Source: Leptolyngbyaceae cyanobacterium
GTDB taxonomy: Bacteria; Cyanobacteriota; Cyanobacteriia; Phormidesmidales; Phormidesmidaceae
Length of the DNA stretch: 64,000 nt
Assembly (NCBI GenBank): GCA_965263355.1
Contig: CBDHHL010000032.1
Span: 192,001-256,000, forward strand
Reading direction: 5' to 3'
Each line of letters begins with the position of its first letter. Within the stretch, counting starts at the first letter, position 1. The notes below the pieces were generated by a model that ran no database searches, was not told where the DNA came from, and saw only the letters and a list, made by a program, of their open reading frames with translations. Below, piece by piece: positions 52,300-63,263 of the stretch. A program made the translations under genes and the position numbers.

Positions 52300-52851
52300 A
52301 TGTACGGGCTAATCAATCGGGCCATTCAGGATATGGTGTGTGAACATCACAGCAGCGATGTGTGGGAAAAGATAAAAGCTAAAGCAAACATTGAAGAATC
52401 GCGATTTTTGGTGCTACATTCCTATCCCGATGATTTGACCCATCGGTTAGTAAAAGCGGCTAGCGAGGTTTTAGGCTTGACCTGTAGTGAGATTATGCAG
52501 GCCTTTGGTCGGTATTGGGTAGAGTATACTGGTAAAGCAGGCTATCAAGAATTAATGGAAATGGCCGGCGATAATCTACCGGATTTTCTGAGTAATTTAG
52601 ATGAATTACATTCTCGCGTAGGTGTACAATTCCCTGAGCTAAAACCACCTGAATTTGATTGTGAGCAACCAGATGATCAAACGATAAAGCTGCATTATCA
52701 ATCGTCTCGGGAGGGATTAGCGCCAATGGTGATTGGTTTAGTAGAAGGTTTGGGAGAACGATTTCAGCAGTCCGTCCAAGTGACTCATATCGAAGAGCGC
52801 CAGCAAGGTGCTGAAAAAGATACCTTCCAGATTAGCTATGAGCCTGATTAG
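52300..52851 (+). CDS. H-NOX heme gas sensor
   Basis: MYGLIN, proximal His in LDELH, PPEF, YxSxR (YQSSR). Confidence 0.95.
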   Translation: MYGLINRAIQDMVCEHHSSDVWEKIKAKANIEESRFLVLHSYPDDLTHRLVKAASEVLGLTCSEIMQAFGRYWVEYTGKAGYQELMEMAGDNLPDFLSNLDELHSRVGVQFPELKPPEFDCEQPDDQTIKLHYQSSREGLAPMVIGLVEGLGERFQQSVQVTHIEERQQGAEKDTFQISYEPD

Positions 52852-52854
52852 TGT

Positions 52855-54252
52855 ATGGACGATTTTTACCACACGCTACCGCCAGATAGTTTAGCTCAAG
52901 TATTTCCCTTTCATTTTGTGCTGGATCAATCCCTGCACGTCGTTCAGGTTGGGAGCGTACTTCAAAGACTCCTTAATATATCTCCGGTAGGAACTCCTAT
53001 CGACAATTATTTCACCCTTATTCGACCTAAAATTAGTTGGAACTTAGACAAAATTCTGAGTAAGCAAAAGTCCTTATTTGTTCTATCCGCCACAGCTTCT
53101 GCAATTAACTTAAAAGGACAAATGCTATGGGTAGAATCAGAGCAGGTGTTATTTTTTCTTGGCTCTGCCTGGGGATATAAGGCCGACGACTTAAAAGCTT
53201 TGGGACTTAAACTACAGGACTTTGCGCTCCACGATACTACGACGGATTTTTTGATTTTGCAGCGTACCAGCCAGATGGCCTTAGAGGATGCCCAAGCCCT
53301 CACCCAGCAAGTCCAGGTGCAAAAGGACCAGGTTGAGAGATTACTGAAACAGCAGGAAAAATTGACTCAAGAAGCCCATGAACGGGCTCAAACCTTGGAA
53401 AAAACCCTGGATAATTTACGCCAAACTCAGCTGCATTTGGTCCAGGCCGAAAAGATGAGTGCCCTGGGTCAACTAATGGCGGGAATTGCCCATGAGATCA
53501 ATAACCCGCTTGGATTTATTACTGGCAATCTAAACTTTCTCACCAACGATGTGGCTAGCTTACTTAACTTTGCATTGCTATATCAACAATATAATGTTGC
53601 CCCGTCACCGGAATTAGACGCAGCATTTTCTGACTTAGAATTAGATTTTTTAGCGACAGATTTACCTAAACTCTTACGGTCCTTACAAACAGGTAGTGAT
53701 CGTATTACTGAAATTGTTAATGCGCTACGCAATTTTTCTCGCTTAGATGAGGCTCCGATCAAACAAGTCAATATCCACGAGGGTTTGGATAGCTCATTGC
53801 AACTTCTGCAGCACCGATTAAAGCAACAACCCGGTCGCGCAAAAATCGAAATTCATAAGTGCTATAGTCCATCTTTTCCTAAGATTGAATGCTTTGTAGG
53901 ACAGCTCAATCAGGTATTTATGAATATCATGGCGAATGCCATTGATGCCTTAGAGGCACATGCCAGTAAAACACCCATGGTGACAATTACGACCAGTCAG
54001 CCCAGGACTGATTGTGTGAGGATTGCGATCGCAGACAATGGTCCAGGCATCCCGGTAGAGATTCAAGCCAAAATTTTTGATCCATTTTTTACCACTAAAC
54101 CCATTGGCAAAGGTACCGGATTAGGCATGTCCATTAGCCGTCAAATTGTTATAGAGCAGCATGGTGGCAACCTATATTTCCAATCATCTGGCCAATCAGG
54201 GACTGAATTTTTTATTGAATTGCCTATTGCTCAATCCCATGGGAAAACATAG
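52855..54252 (+). CDS. HNOBA/PAS-like domain histidine kinase
   Basis: VFPFHFVLD, LKGQM, LQDFALHD; AHEINNP H-box, NAIDA, DNGPG, FTTKPIGKGTGLG. Confidence 0.93.
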   Translation: MDDFYHTLPPDSLAQVFPFHFVLDQSLHVVQVGSVLQRLLNISPVGTPIDNYFTLIRPKISWNLDKILSKQKSLFVLSATASAINLKGQMLWVESEQVLFFLGSAWGYKADDLKALGLKLQDFALHDTTTDFLILQRTSQMALEDAQALTQQVQVQKDQVERLLKQQEKLTQEAHERAQTLEKTLDNLRQTQLHLVQAEKMSALGQLMAGIAHEINNPLGFITGNLNFLTNDVASLLNFALLYQQYNVAPSPELDAAFSDLELDFLATDLPKLLRSLQTGSDRITEIVNALRNFSRLDEAPIKQVNIHEGLDSSLQLLQHRLKQQPGRAKIEIHKCYSPSFPKIECFVGQLNQVFMNIMANAIDALEAHASKTPMVTITTSQPRTDCVRIAIADNGPGIPVEIQAKIFDPFFTTKPIGKGTGLGMSISRQIVIEQHGGNLYFQSSGQSGTEFFIELPIAQSHGKT

Positions 54253-54285
54253 TAGATGAGCGAGGTTTAATTCGGAGGCACCCTT

Positions 54286-54468
54286 ATGGAAAATCGTATG
54301 CTGCTGGCAAGCTGGCTGTTTATTCTTGGCTCTGGCCTATTTGTGGCAGATGCTGTTTTTGAGATAGCCACTAATTTTTCGCCTGTGGCCCTAGTGCATC
54401 TAACAGAGGGTGTTTCATTTTTTGTCGGTTCAATCTGTTTTATGCCATTTGATCAGACTGAGCCTTAG
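54286..54468 (+). CDS. Small two-TM membrane protein
   Basis: 60 aa, GGAGG RBS, WLFILGS...FFVGS. Confidence 0.65.
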   Translation: MENRMLLASWLFILGSGLFVADAVFEIATNFSPVALVHLTEGVSFFVGSICFMPFDQTEP

Positions 54469-54726
54469 GAAGGCATGCAGTATTTGCTTAAAAATTCAAG
54501 AAAAACCTGTACCTGTGGTAACCAATTACGATGATGGGTAAACACCGTCTGAGTGGTTATCCGATATCAATTTAAGCTGGGAAATCCTGACTGGGTAAAG
54601 CACAGATTAGGCTGAGACTAATCATTTTCAGCCCTTACTTCTACAGCTTCGATAGTCCCATTACAAATTATAGATATATTTGCCCCTCTGAATTTTTTAG
54701 AGTGGTTGTATTGAAACGCGTTTACC

Positions 54727-56142
54727 ATGACCTTCCCCATATCAATTCGTCAGCAATACTTGCGCTCCGAAGTGCAGGCGTTTTTCAAATTAGCGGTTCC
54801 CCTGATCAGTGCTCAGGTAGCTCAGTCAGCCACTGGGTTTGCCGACACCATTATGATGGGCCGTATGGGACCCGATATTTTGGCAGCTGGTGGGTTAGCG
54901 GCCATTACCTACATTGTGATCATGACCGCCTTTACAGGCATCGTTATGGGCGTAAGCCCATTGGTAGCTGAAGCATTTGGAGCAGGTCAGACATACCGAA
55001 TCCAGCAGGTGACTCGTCAGGGCTTATGGTTAGGCTTGTTAGTAGCTATACCTGCCATGGTATTCACTGGGCAGTTGGATGGATGGATGCTCCGTACCGG
55101 TCAAGATCCGGTAGTGGTAGAACTGACTGACACCTATTTGGATATTATCATCTGGAGCTTTTTGCCCATGGCTGGCTTTACGGCCCTGCGCTCTACGGTG
55201 TCTGCGCTTTCTCAAGGAAAACCAATTATGGTCACCATTGTGGTGGGTACCTTGTTTAACATTGCTGGTAATTATGTTTTAGGCTTTGGCAAGTTGGGGC
55301 TGCCAGCGATGGGATTATCCGGGTTGGCCTGGGCGACTATGCTTACCTGGTGGGGAATGTTTATTGCCTTGGCGTTATATGTGCGTCTGCATCCTGCTGT
55401 TCGAAACTATCACATTCTTCAAACGCTACAGGGGCCTCAGTTCAAAATTCTTCAGCAGCTCGCCTGGGTGGGTGTACCCATTGGTGTTTTTTCTGGGCTA
55501 GAATCAGGCTTTTTTATGACCATTATGTTATTGATGGGGCGGTTGGGAACGGATGCCTTAGCGGCCCATCAGGTAGTGCTACAAACCATTGTGGTGTTAT
55601 TTATGATCCCACTGGGAATATCATTTGCCACCACAGTACGTGTGGGTCAATGGTTTGGCAAACAGGATTTAGCTGGGATGCAACAGGCTACCTGGGTCAG
55701 TATGGCACTGACGACGGTCTCGATGACGGTTGGGTCACTGGCGTTTTTGTTATTTCCTAAACAGCTTATTGGTATCTATCTGGATGTAAATAACCCTGAA
55801 AATGCCAACATCGTGGCCCTGGCGATGCCACTAATGACCCTTGCGGCGATCACGATGGTCTTAGATGGTTTGCAAAAAGCTATATACGGTGCTCTACAAG
55901 GAGTGCAAGATACCCAAGTACCCATGGTGCTAAATGTGCTGGGCTTTTGGGGGGTGGGGCTATCGGTCGGCTATGGTCTAGGGTTTACTCTGGATATGGG
56001 AAGTCGGGGGTTATGGATTGGGCAGTCGGCTGCTATTGCTGCAGTAGCTTTACTATTTGGGTTGCGCTTACGCCAGTATTTTACGGGCTTAAAAATGGCT
56101 AATCCTACTAATTTCCCTGAAGGGGTACCGACAGCTGAGTAA
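54727..56142 (+). CDS. MATE family efflux transporter
   Basis: DTIMMGRMG, NYVLGFG, LAAHQ, RVGQ, GLWIG; ~12 TM segments. Confidence 0.95.
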   Translation: MTFPISIRQQYLRSEVQAFFKLAVPLISAQVAQSATGFADTIMMGRMGPDILAAGGLAAITYIVIMTAFTGIVMGVSPLVAEAFGAGQTYRIQQVTRQGLWLGLLVAIPAMVFTGQLDGWMLRTGQDPVVVELTDTYLDIIIWSFLPMAGFTALRSTVSALSQGKPIMVTIVVGTLFNIAGNYVLGFGKLGLPAMGLSGLAWATMLTWWGMFIALALYVRLHPAVRNYHILQTLQGPQFKILQQLAWVGVPIGVFSGLESGFFMTIMLLMGRLGTDALAAHQVVLQTIVVLFMIPLGISFATTVRVGQWFGKQDLAGMQQATWVSMALTTVSMTVGSLAFLLFPKQLIGIYLDVNNPENANIVALAMPLMTLAAITMVLDGLQKAIYGALQGVQDTQVPMVLNVLGFWGVGLSVGYGLGFTLDMGSRGLWIGQSAAIAAVALLFGLRLRQYFTGLKMANPTNFPEGVPTAE

Positions 56143-56343
56143 TTCACCGAGCCATGGCAATTCTGTCTGCGCATGGAGAACCTGCCGAGCACGTGGCGTG
56201 ATGTGGCTACCTGAGTAAAATGGCAGTGACAAATGACAGTCATGCTTGATGTGCATTATCCAGGTGGGGTGAGTCAGGCGATGGTGGAGCGTTCTTCTAG
56301 TCTCACCTGAGAACTCATCTATTTGGGGCCATTAACACTATTC

Positions 56344-56710
56344 CTATACTTCTCTAACAATTCGAATACCTTCCCAGGCTGGTAGCTTGTTTGCTTGTCG
56401 TAAGTGAAATATGGCAAACGCAATATAACAGACAGTCAGCAATAGTATTGAACTGTTGGATCAGGTTATTGTTATAGCAGTTATATTGCTCAGCTTTTTT
56501 ATTGTCTCGAGATATTTGTTTCTGAGATTCTAGACGTTGCTCAGATTCTTCGATCAAGAACTCAAAGATTACCCAAAAAATGCTTAAATAAGCACGAAGA
56601 AAGGCACGGTCACGGTCACGGACAAGATAACGAACAGAGGAGGTTGTCAAGGTCACGCACTACAGCTGCAGTTGGCTCTACAAATAAGTCCACGACTACA
56701 ACCATCATGG
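56344..56710 (-). pseudogene. Probable remnant of a NACHT-type protein C-terminus
   Basis: Fragments in different frames: VRDLD..., VRDRDRAFLRAYL..., and terminal KLPAWEGIRIVREV*. Confidence 0.4.
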
Positions 56711-56800
56711 TCCCACCGCATACTAACCCTGGAAAATTAACCTAATTCGACACACTGCTGATATTCTATTTAACGTCTCAAACTTTATTATCAAGCAAAT

Positions 56801-57271
56801 ATGTCAGCGACGACTCGGATGCTTCTCTCCCATCATTGCACACTACCTGAGGGGCAAGTATCCACCCTTAGTCGTAATGATTTTGCCAATATTTTTATCA
56901 CCGGGTTAACGGCCCATAACGATATCCAGTGTAGCCTGATTGAAAACCCCCACTGGATCGTAGAAGTCCTTTTTGATGCCCAGCAAAACTCCCCCACAGA
57001 TGTTGCTGCTCTGTGCGCCAAGGCTTTGAGTGCAAAGCGTTCAGCAGAGCCCACCAAGAAGATTGACCGTTATACAGTAATGCTTTTGGGTGGCCTTAAA
57101 ACAACGCCTGTTATGGGTGCCTCTCCCACAGCCCTACAGCCCGGTGAATGGGGTGTAGATGTTGTAGAAAGCAGCTCACCCGAACAGTTTTTGGCAGAAC
57201 TTAACTGGGACGCAGTAACAGCAACTAAGTCCCCTGATCAAATTTTCAAAGTTACCCATATCGTTGAATAG
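56801..57271 (+). CDS. DUF2656 family protein
   Basis: RMLLSH, NPHWIVEV, LGGLKTTP, LQPGEWGVDVVE. Confidence 0.85.
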   Translation: MSATTRMLLSHHCTLPEGQVSTLSRNDFANIFITGLTAHNDIQCSLIENPHWIVEVLFDAQQNSPTDVAALCAKALSAKRSAEPTKKIDRYTVMLLGGLKTTPVMGASPTALQPGEWGVDVVESSSPEQFLAELNWDAVTATKSPDQIFKVTHIVE

Positions 57272-57305
57272 CAAAACGCAACGATATGGGTAATTAAAAC
57301 GATAA

Positions 57306-57861
57306 TCATCCTTGTCGAATCACTCGACAAGGATTCCCTACAGCCACCTTATTAGCCGGAATGCTTTTAGTGACAACACTGCCTGCACCAATACTGCTGT
57401 TGTCACCAATGGTCACACCAGGACAAATAATTGCACCACCACCAATCCATACATTGTTGCCAATGGTAATAGGGGCAGCCATTTCTATACCAGTCATTCG
57501 CACTGACGGGGCAGTAGGATTATGCCGTGTAAATTTGCACATTTGGAGCAATTAACACATCATCGCCAATGGTCACCCAGTTGCAATCGAGAATCGTGCA
57601 GTTGAAATTAATGTATAGATTTTTGCCAGCCCGAATGTGACAGCCATAGTCACAATAGAAAGGTGGATTAATTTCAAAACCGGGCTCAAGGTGCCCAAAA
57701 AGTGACTGAAGAATTTCCTGACGTTTCTTCAATTGATCAGGTGTCGCAATATTTAATGCGTGCAAGCAATGCTGTGTCTTACGTCGCATTGCTACCAGTT
57801 CTAAATCAGTTGACAAATAGGGTTCATTTGCCAACATTTTTTCCCGTTCCGTTTTACCCAT
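57306..57861 (-). pseudogene. maa: Maltose/galactoside O-acetyltransferase, frameshifted
   Basis: MGKTEREKML...PPFYCDYG...APNVQIYTA*, continuing in another frame as PITIGNNVWIGG...GNPCRVI. Confidence 0.85.
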
Positions 57862-58273
57862 AGTGCAACGGCCATTCGCCATTAGACAATAACACTGCCC
57901 CATCAGGAGGCTCAACCATCACATAGATCCAAGCCTCTGCTATGGATTGACCTGCTAAATCAAACACTATCGTCCGTTCGCGTATATATTCTTCTTCAAA
58001 ATCATCATCTCTATCAAAGCTTTTGTTTGGAGAGGCATTATAGCCTTCTAAATAATCAAGCCCTGCCATTGCTGCAGCCTGCAGGGTAAACAAATACCCC
58101 TTTACCCAACCCTCACCCCTGGTCATAACTGGATAGCCCAGGGCTGGCAAATCATAGAGTAGCCCTTGCACTTGGGCAGGCTGGGACTTTTGCAAATAAG
58201 GACCACAATACTGTTGATGGTAAATCCCACCAGGCTTGAGCGTGCCATAGACAAAAACGTCAATTGTCCCCAT
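57854..58273 (-). CDS. Gamma-glutamylcyclotransferase (AIG2-like) family protein
   Basis: FVYGTLKPG, GYP, LDYLEGY, AWIY. Confidence 0.9.
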   Translation of the reverse strand: MGTIDVFVYGTLKPGGIYHQQYCGPYLQKSQPAQVQGLLYDLPALGYPVMTRGEGWVKGYLFTLQAAAMAGLDYLEGYNASPNKSFDRDDDFEEEYIRERTIVFDLAGQSIAEAWIYVMVEPPDGAVLLSNGEWPLHYG

Positions 58274-58467
58274 AGGTTCTCTCCTAGAGAAACGTTCGCA
58301 CTGCTATACGCTTTTCTGCCAAGTATTGCATCAATTCCATAAAATATGGCCAAAAAGTATCAGCCAAATTTTTGAAAACTACTATAAACCCCTCATTACT
58401 TACCTAAATTTAGGCGCTTATAACAAGGGGCTTATTTCATTGATATGATTTTTTAGAGGGTACGCTT

Positions 58468-59148
58468 TTAATTAGACTGTACAGCTTTCTTAGACAGACT
58501 GTAGGTCCCTCCTCGTCCACGGTACCATTCATCATCCCGTGCGCCTGCAGAAAGAATATTCGAAATACGGCTACGTGCCTTCAGGTACTGAACCTTTGGC
58601 ATATTATCGTCAAAAATGGCCGACATCACATCGGAAATTTTGAAACTATCTTTGGGTTTAGTTTTTAACACATTCGTTACAACATCTGGTAAACGTTGCT
58701 GACGATAGTCATCCAGTACATACTGCTGCCAACGAGCGGCTCTACCATCAGCCTTTTTCACTGGGGCAGTGCTTTTCACAGTTTTTACTTTTGATGCCTT
58801 AGTCGCCTTAGCCTTACGAGCAGTAGTCTTCGATTTCGTTACTTTAGCAAGTTGAGCAGCTACGGTTTCTTCAGCGTCCTCAGCGTCAGCGTCGTCATCC
58901 TCAGCGTCAGCATAGTCATCCTCATCCTCAGCGTCGTCATCCTCAGCAAAGATAAGAGGGTCTGCAAGAATAGTAGCCACAGGCACAACGGCTTGACCAT
59001 TACTAGCCGATGCATCAAACATTGCAATTACTGTCTGCAAACCTTTACGCTGCTCCTGAATTGCAGCCAATTGTTGCATCAATGCAGTTTCTTGCTCAGA
59101 TAAAAGTGCCTCAGCTTCTACAAGCTGAGGAAGCACAGTTGTCGACAT
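58468..59148 (-). CDS. Hypothetical protein: coiled coil, acidic repeat, K/A-rich linker, winged-helix-like C-terminus
   Basis: ORF translation; EDDDA repeats at 58871-58947. Confidence 0.75.
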   Translation of the reverse strand: MSTTVLPQLVEAEALLSEQETALMQQLAAIQEQRKGLQTVIAMFDASASNGQAVVPVATILADPLIFAEDDDAEDEDDYADAEDDDADAEDAEETVAAQLAKVTKSKTTARKAKATKASKVKTVKSTAPVKKADGRAARWQQYVLDDYRQQRLPDVVTNVLKTKPKDSFKISDVMSAIFDDNMPKVQYLKARSRISNILSAGARDDEWYRGRGGTYSLSKKAVQSN

Positions 59149-59370
59149 ATTTAGGTTTCCTCAAGTGATTTTAGGGTTTAAGAATTTGCTTGCCAAGTTG
59201 TGTGACTTTTGAGAGTTTCAAGCATACAGCAATCTTGGCATTTCAGAACACTTATTACTCAAATGGTGATAAGGTAAAGTTTCCCTAATCTTTCTTTTTC
59301 TCTACAAATGTTCACTCTTTAAACAGGACAAAATTAAACGATACTCTAATTACAGTCTGCTTTACAGGCA

Positions 59371-59524
59371 TTGGAACAGTATGAATATGCACAGTCCCAC
59401 TCAACGGTAGATGATTCATTCCCACACTATTTCAAAGATTATGGGTTTTGGAACAGTGTGAATATGCACAGTCCCACTCAACGGTAGATGATTCATTCCC
59501 ACACTATTTCAAAGATTATGGGTT
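59371..59524. repeat. 77-bp tandem duplication with one mismatch
   Basis: 59371-59447 and 59448-59524. Confidence 0.95.
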
Positions 59525-59749
59525 GATGAATATGGATAACTCGGTATCCATGGTTTCTGTATGATCTAGTGGACGAGGATTGGCAATGTCCGGCTTCGTT
59601 ACGGATTGACAATTAGCGCTGGTGCGATCGCTAAAGTTCATACTTCCCAGTAGCATACCAACCTTAAGACAATTTTCCTGGTTCGTACCAGATAGTCGAA
59701 TACCCTGGTGGGCGTTGCTATTGAGAGCATTGAAATCTCCTAAATTTAA

Positions 59750-61654
59750 TTAATCACGATAAAGTAGTGCTCCTTTAACCTGTTTCACCCTCTGCCAACG
59801 TGTTGAACCAGTCATCACCCACAATGAGTAATCATGGGAAAACGCAATCTCGGACCTTAGCAGAGCCTTTAGCTTACTATCAGGTTTATAGTCTGCACCC
59901 ATACCAGAAATGTAACGTCTAGCAATAAGCATCACGTAATAGGGATGTTCAGGAAAACGCTCCACAACTTTGCGGGCCAGATATACTGCCTTAATTTCTG
60001 GATGACCAGACAGGTGTTCTACCAATTGAGCAATCTCTAAAGCAGGTAAATCGTGGGGAGCAAATTGCACTGTGTCGTCAAACTTCATCCGCTCATCTTG
60101 AGCAATAAGCCAAACTTTTTCATGGTCCTGCCATCGTTGCTTATAGGTTTCAGCCAATGCCGGTTGGTTTTGCTCAAGATAAAAAGAATATAGTCGACGA
60201 CAGGCTGAAATCAGTAGGGACGGATCATGCTCTAATACGTAATGTAAATGGGAAACACCGTCATCAGTATTGTGTTGATCCATCAATAGAAAGCCAAGCC
60301 AATAGCGGGCAATTGTATGGTTAGGGGCATCTGCTACAATTGCCTTAAACATTGGCAGTGCTGCCTGTTTATCCTGTAATGACCAGAGAATTGAAGCCTG
60401 CTTAATTCTTTCTTCAATGGTGAGCAGGTGTTTTGCTTTAGCATTCAAACTATTAAGACGACTTAGTTGATTTTGGCTCAGGTCATAATTATCTTTCCAC
60501 TCATCAGCATTCTCTTTTTTCCATAACTGATTTAGCTGTTCTATAAGGTTATCTAACTGTTCACCCAATAAAGTGGTAGCCCGTTCTTTAGGCGGATTTA
60601 ATGATTGTGGAATTGTATAGTCTAAGGCCTCAAGACGATCGGCCAGACAAGGATGGGTGGATGAATTGTCAGTTTGATAGGCCAGACGCATCGCTAACCA
60701 CTTTTGGCTTTGTTTCGGTTTCACGCCCACCTGCAGCGTTTCTATCATTTGAGTCATAAAGTTTTCAGGCGGCTCTTTGAGATCCTTTGACCACCGTTCA
60801 AAATCGGGCCAGAACTGCTTATTTAGCATTACCCTGTTGACATTAAGCCAAATCAGCGCCTCTGCTTTATGGTGAGCCCCGACAATTTCAGCGGCCCGTC
60901 TATCAGCCTCATATTCTTGTGCTCGGGCATGCACAAAGGAATAAGCCCTGAAGAATGGGCCATACCACTTAAAGAATCGCTTAAATAGAACGTTACCTGC
61001 TCGAGAATTATTTTCGAAGCGTTCGGCTAATTCATACCAGACTCGGCGAATACGATAAATCCAGGCAGCGGTGCGACTGTCATCACCACATAAATGGGCA
61101 AACTCATGGGCTAAAACAGCCTGACACTGTTGAGGAGATAGTGCTTGCATAAGCGGTAGACCAATGATGAGATAGTTTGTTTGCCAACCCACAAAGCCAA
61201 ATCGGGGACGTTGCAAAATGGCAGCATTCATTTCATCGTTGAGGATAACTGTATTTAACTTTGGTGCTTTGAGCGTTGATGCCAGCTGATCGAGCATGGC
61301 AAACAACTGAGGCACCTGTTCTTTGGTTAGGGAAATACCTGTGGGGCGTTTAATTCTTACAAAGAACTGAGGTATCCAAAGAATAACAATAAATAAAATA
61401 ATAAAACTGAGGGCTGTTATTGTTTCTTCGTTCAGTACATAAACAAACAACTGCTGAATGATCAATAGGACAACCAATAGTAAGAGGGGAATCAGCAGGA
61501 TATAAGCATAGCCGAGGTAAGCCAGCAGCCTTAATCGTCGTCGATAATAGGCAGGGTTTTGGCGAGCCATGCCTTCAATTTTTTGGACAAAAGCATCAAA
61601 ACCCTCAGGTGTGGATAGGTTTAAGTTTTGAGTTTGAAGAATCTGCCATTGCAT
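59750..61654 (-). CDS. M48 family metallopeptidase with C-terminal TPR-like region
   Basis: NAA, LAHEFAH, EYEADR, STHP. Confidence 0.9.
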   Translation of the reverse strand: MQWQILQTQNLNLSTPEGFDAFVQKIEGMARQNPAYYRRRLRLLAYLGYAYILLIPLLLLVVLLIIQQLFVYVLNEETITALSFIILFIVILWIPQFFVRIKRPTGISLTKEQVPQLFAMLDQLASTLKAPKLNTVILNDEMNAAILQRPRFGFVGWQTNYLIIGLPLMQALSPQQCQAVLAHEFAHLCGDDSRTAAWIYRIRRVWYELAERFENNSRAGNVLFKRFFKWYGPFFRAYSFVHARAQEYEADRRAAEIVGAHHKAEALIWLNVNRVMLNKQFWPDFERWSKDLKEPPENFMTQMIETLQVGVKPKQSQKWLAMRLAYQTDNSSTHPCLADRLEALDYTIPQSLNPPKERATTLLGEQLDNLIEQLNQLWKKENADEWKDNYDLSQNQLSRLNSLNAKAKHLLTIEERIKQASILWSLQDKQAALPMFKAIVADAPNHTIARYWLGFLLMDQHNTDDGVSHLHYVLEHDPSLLISACRRLYSFYLEQNQPALAETYKQRWQDHEKVWLIAQDERMKFDDTVQFAPHDLPALEIAQLVEHLSGHPEIKAVYLARKVVERFPEHPYYVMLIARRYISGMGADYKPDSKLKALLRSEIAFSHDYSLWVMTGSTRWQRVKQVKGALLYRD

Positions 61655-61896
61655 AGGGTAAAAAGACCTGGATATCCTGGGCCTACCATAACCTAGCCAT
61701 TAATGTAATGCCCAACTATCTCTATGGGGCTTTACCAGGGTAGATAAGAAAAATTTATATTAGTGCTGACAAAAAAATAACTGCCCCAACTAGCAAGAGA
61801 ATTCTTGATGCTGACAGCAGCCATGCAACAGGCAAAATCCTATTACCTAGAATCAGAAATATGTTTTGTGTAGGAAGCTAAATAATGCCTATGCCA

Positions 61897-63263
61897 TTAG
61901 AGCAAGAGCTGTTCTACCTGTTTTTCAAAAGTTTGAGCCTCTTCAGGATCTGGAATGCGTTGGCTCAATAATTGAATCAAAATCTGTGCATCGGTAACTT
62001 GATATAAGAGTTTTTCAACTATGAGTTTGGCCATTGGCCCCAGGTAATTCATAGTTAAATGCTCCAAAACCTTATGCTGTTGTTCAGAAATGATTATTTT
62101 TGTAGGGGACAAAATACCGTTATTATCTCCTTCCTCTTCGTTATCTATTCCAAGAGAAATACTGTTATTACCCGATTTCTCTTCGTTTTGATAAGTATGT
62201 AGTTGGGATAATATGTCTTCGGTTGCTAGCAATTATTGAGACTGAGATTCACGGATAGTTTTTTTAGCCTTACCAGCAAAATGGCTCGTCGAGAGTTTCT
62301 GATCGTTCCCGTACTCACTATTGTGTGCCTGTTGACCTAGATGACCTTTTGCGAATTTTAATAAAAACTCTTGAACCGTAAACTATAGTTGCTGATTTTC
62401 TATTGAGCGTTGAACAGTTTCTGGACTAAAGATATTTTCTCGATTAAAAGACTCAACTGCAACCCGAACATAGGCTGAGACAAACTTAAACCGATTAGCC
62501 GTCTCAATTGGCACAAATACTTTACTAAATAAAATTACCGCAAATAGCTCATTGGACGGTAACATACCACCAAAGCCTAAAACAGATTTCACTCGATATG
62601 GCACCACAAACTCTTTCTGGCCAGGAATATAAGGACTATTCAAGGCCGTTGGAATGTGAAATACGTTAAATGCCCTGTGGGGACTTTTTGTAATCAACGC
62701 TGGATTGGTCTCAATAACAGCTCTTACATCCAGGCCAAATTGCTGAATCAGCTGTAAGATCATTGGGGCTCGACGGACAAAATCCTCATCTATTAGTGGA
62801 ATAGCCTGATGCCCCTTTGACTGTTGCCGATCATTCCACTGGGGAGCATCTCCAGCTGTGGCTAATAAGGTCAAACATTTTGTCCCAGGCGCAATATACT
62901 GCCCCTGCACAATAGATTGAGCCTCTCCCTGTAGCCGTCGGTTCAAATCTCTATAGGGATGCGTCTTAAAGAATCGGACCAGGGTAGCTTCTCGTTCACT
63001 GGTGCGTAGTTCTTTAAAGTTGTTATAAATGTAGCTGACAATGTGATTCGCTGTATCTTCCATTGTTTGTGACCCATACTCCAGATTACGGAGGGCAACG
63101 GCGCAATGGGCAACATCAGCCTTTGTAAACTTGAGTTGTTATAAATGTAGCTGACAATGTGATTCGCTGTATCTTCCATTGTTTGTGACCCATACTCCAG
63201 ATTACGGAGGGCAACGGCGCAATGGGCAACATCAGCCTTTGTAAACATTTCAAGACTGTACAT
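61897..63263 (-). pseudogene. Disrupted GAF-like sensor-domain protein
   Basis: LVRFFKTHPY, CLTLLATAG, GHQAIPL, SVLGFGGML; 5' part broken by a 116-bp duplication; the same frame continues past TAG 62383 and a TAA near 62233 into the 61897-62232 ORF. Confidence 0.65.
63018..63246. repeat. 113-bp direct duplication (116-bp period)
   Basis: 63018-63130 and 63134-63246 are identical, separated by TTG. Confidence 0.95.

Larger units (their letters stand above)
1252..59631. repeat. HIP1 octamer GCGATCGC, dispersed (at least 23 copies)
   Basis: Seen at e.g. 1252, 8606, 10808, 16033, 22073, 26221, 30094, 35240, 41878, 49095, 54025, 59624; about one copy is expected by chance in 64 kb. Confidence 0.95.

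Noticed and set aside
54570..54660. CTGAGA word suggesting a TPP riboswitch before the MATE gene
   Set aside because: The rest of the THI-box (GAACCTGA, AGCGTAGGGA) is missing
59371..59524. CRISPR-like periodicity (77 bp)
   Set aside because: The whole unit is duplicated, with no unique spacers and no cas genes
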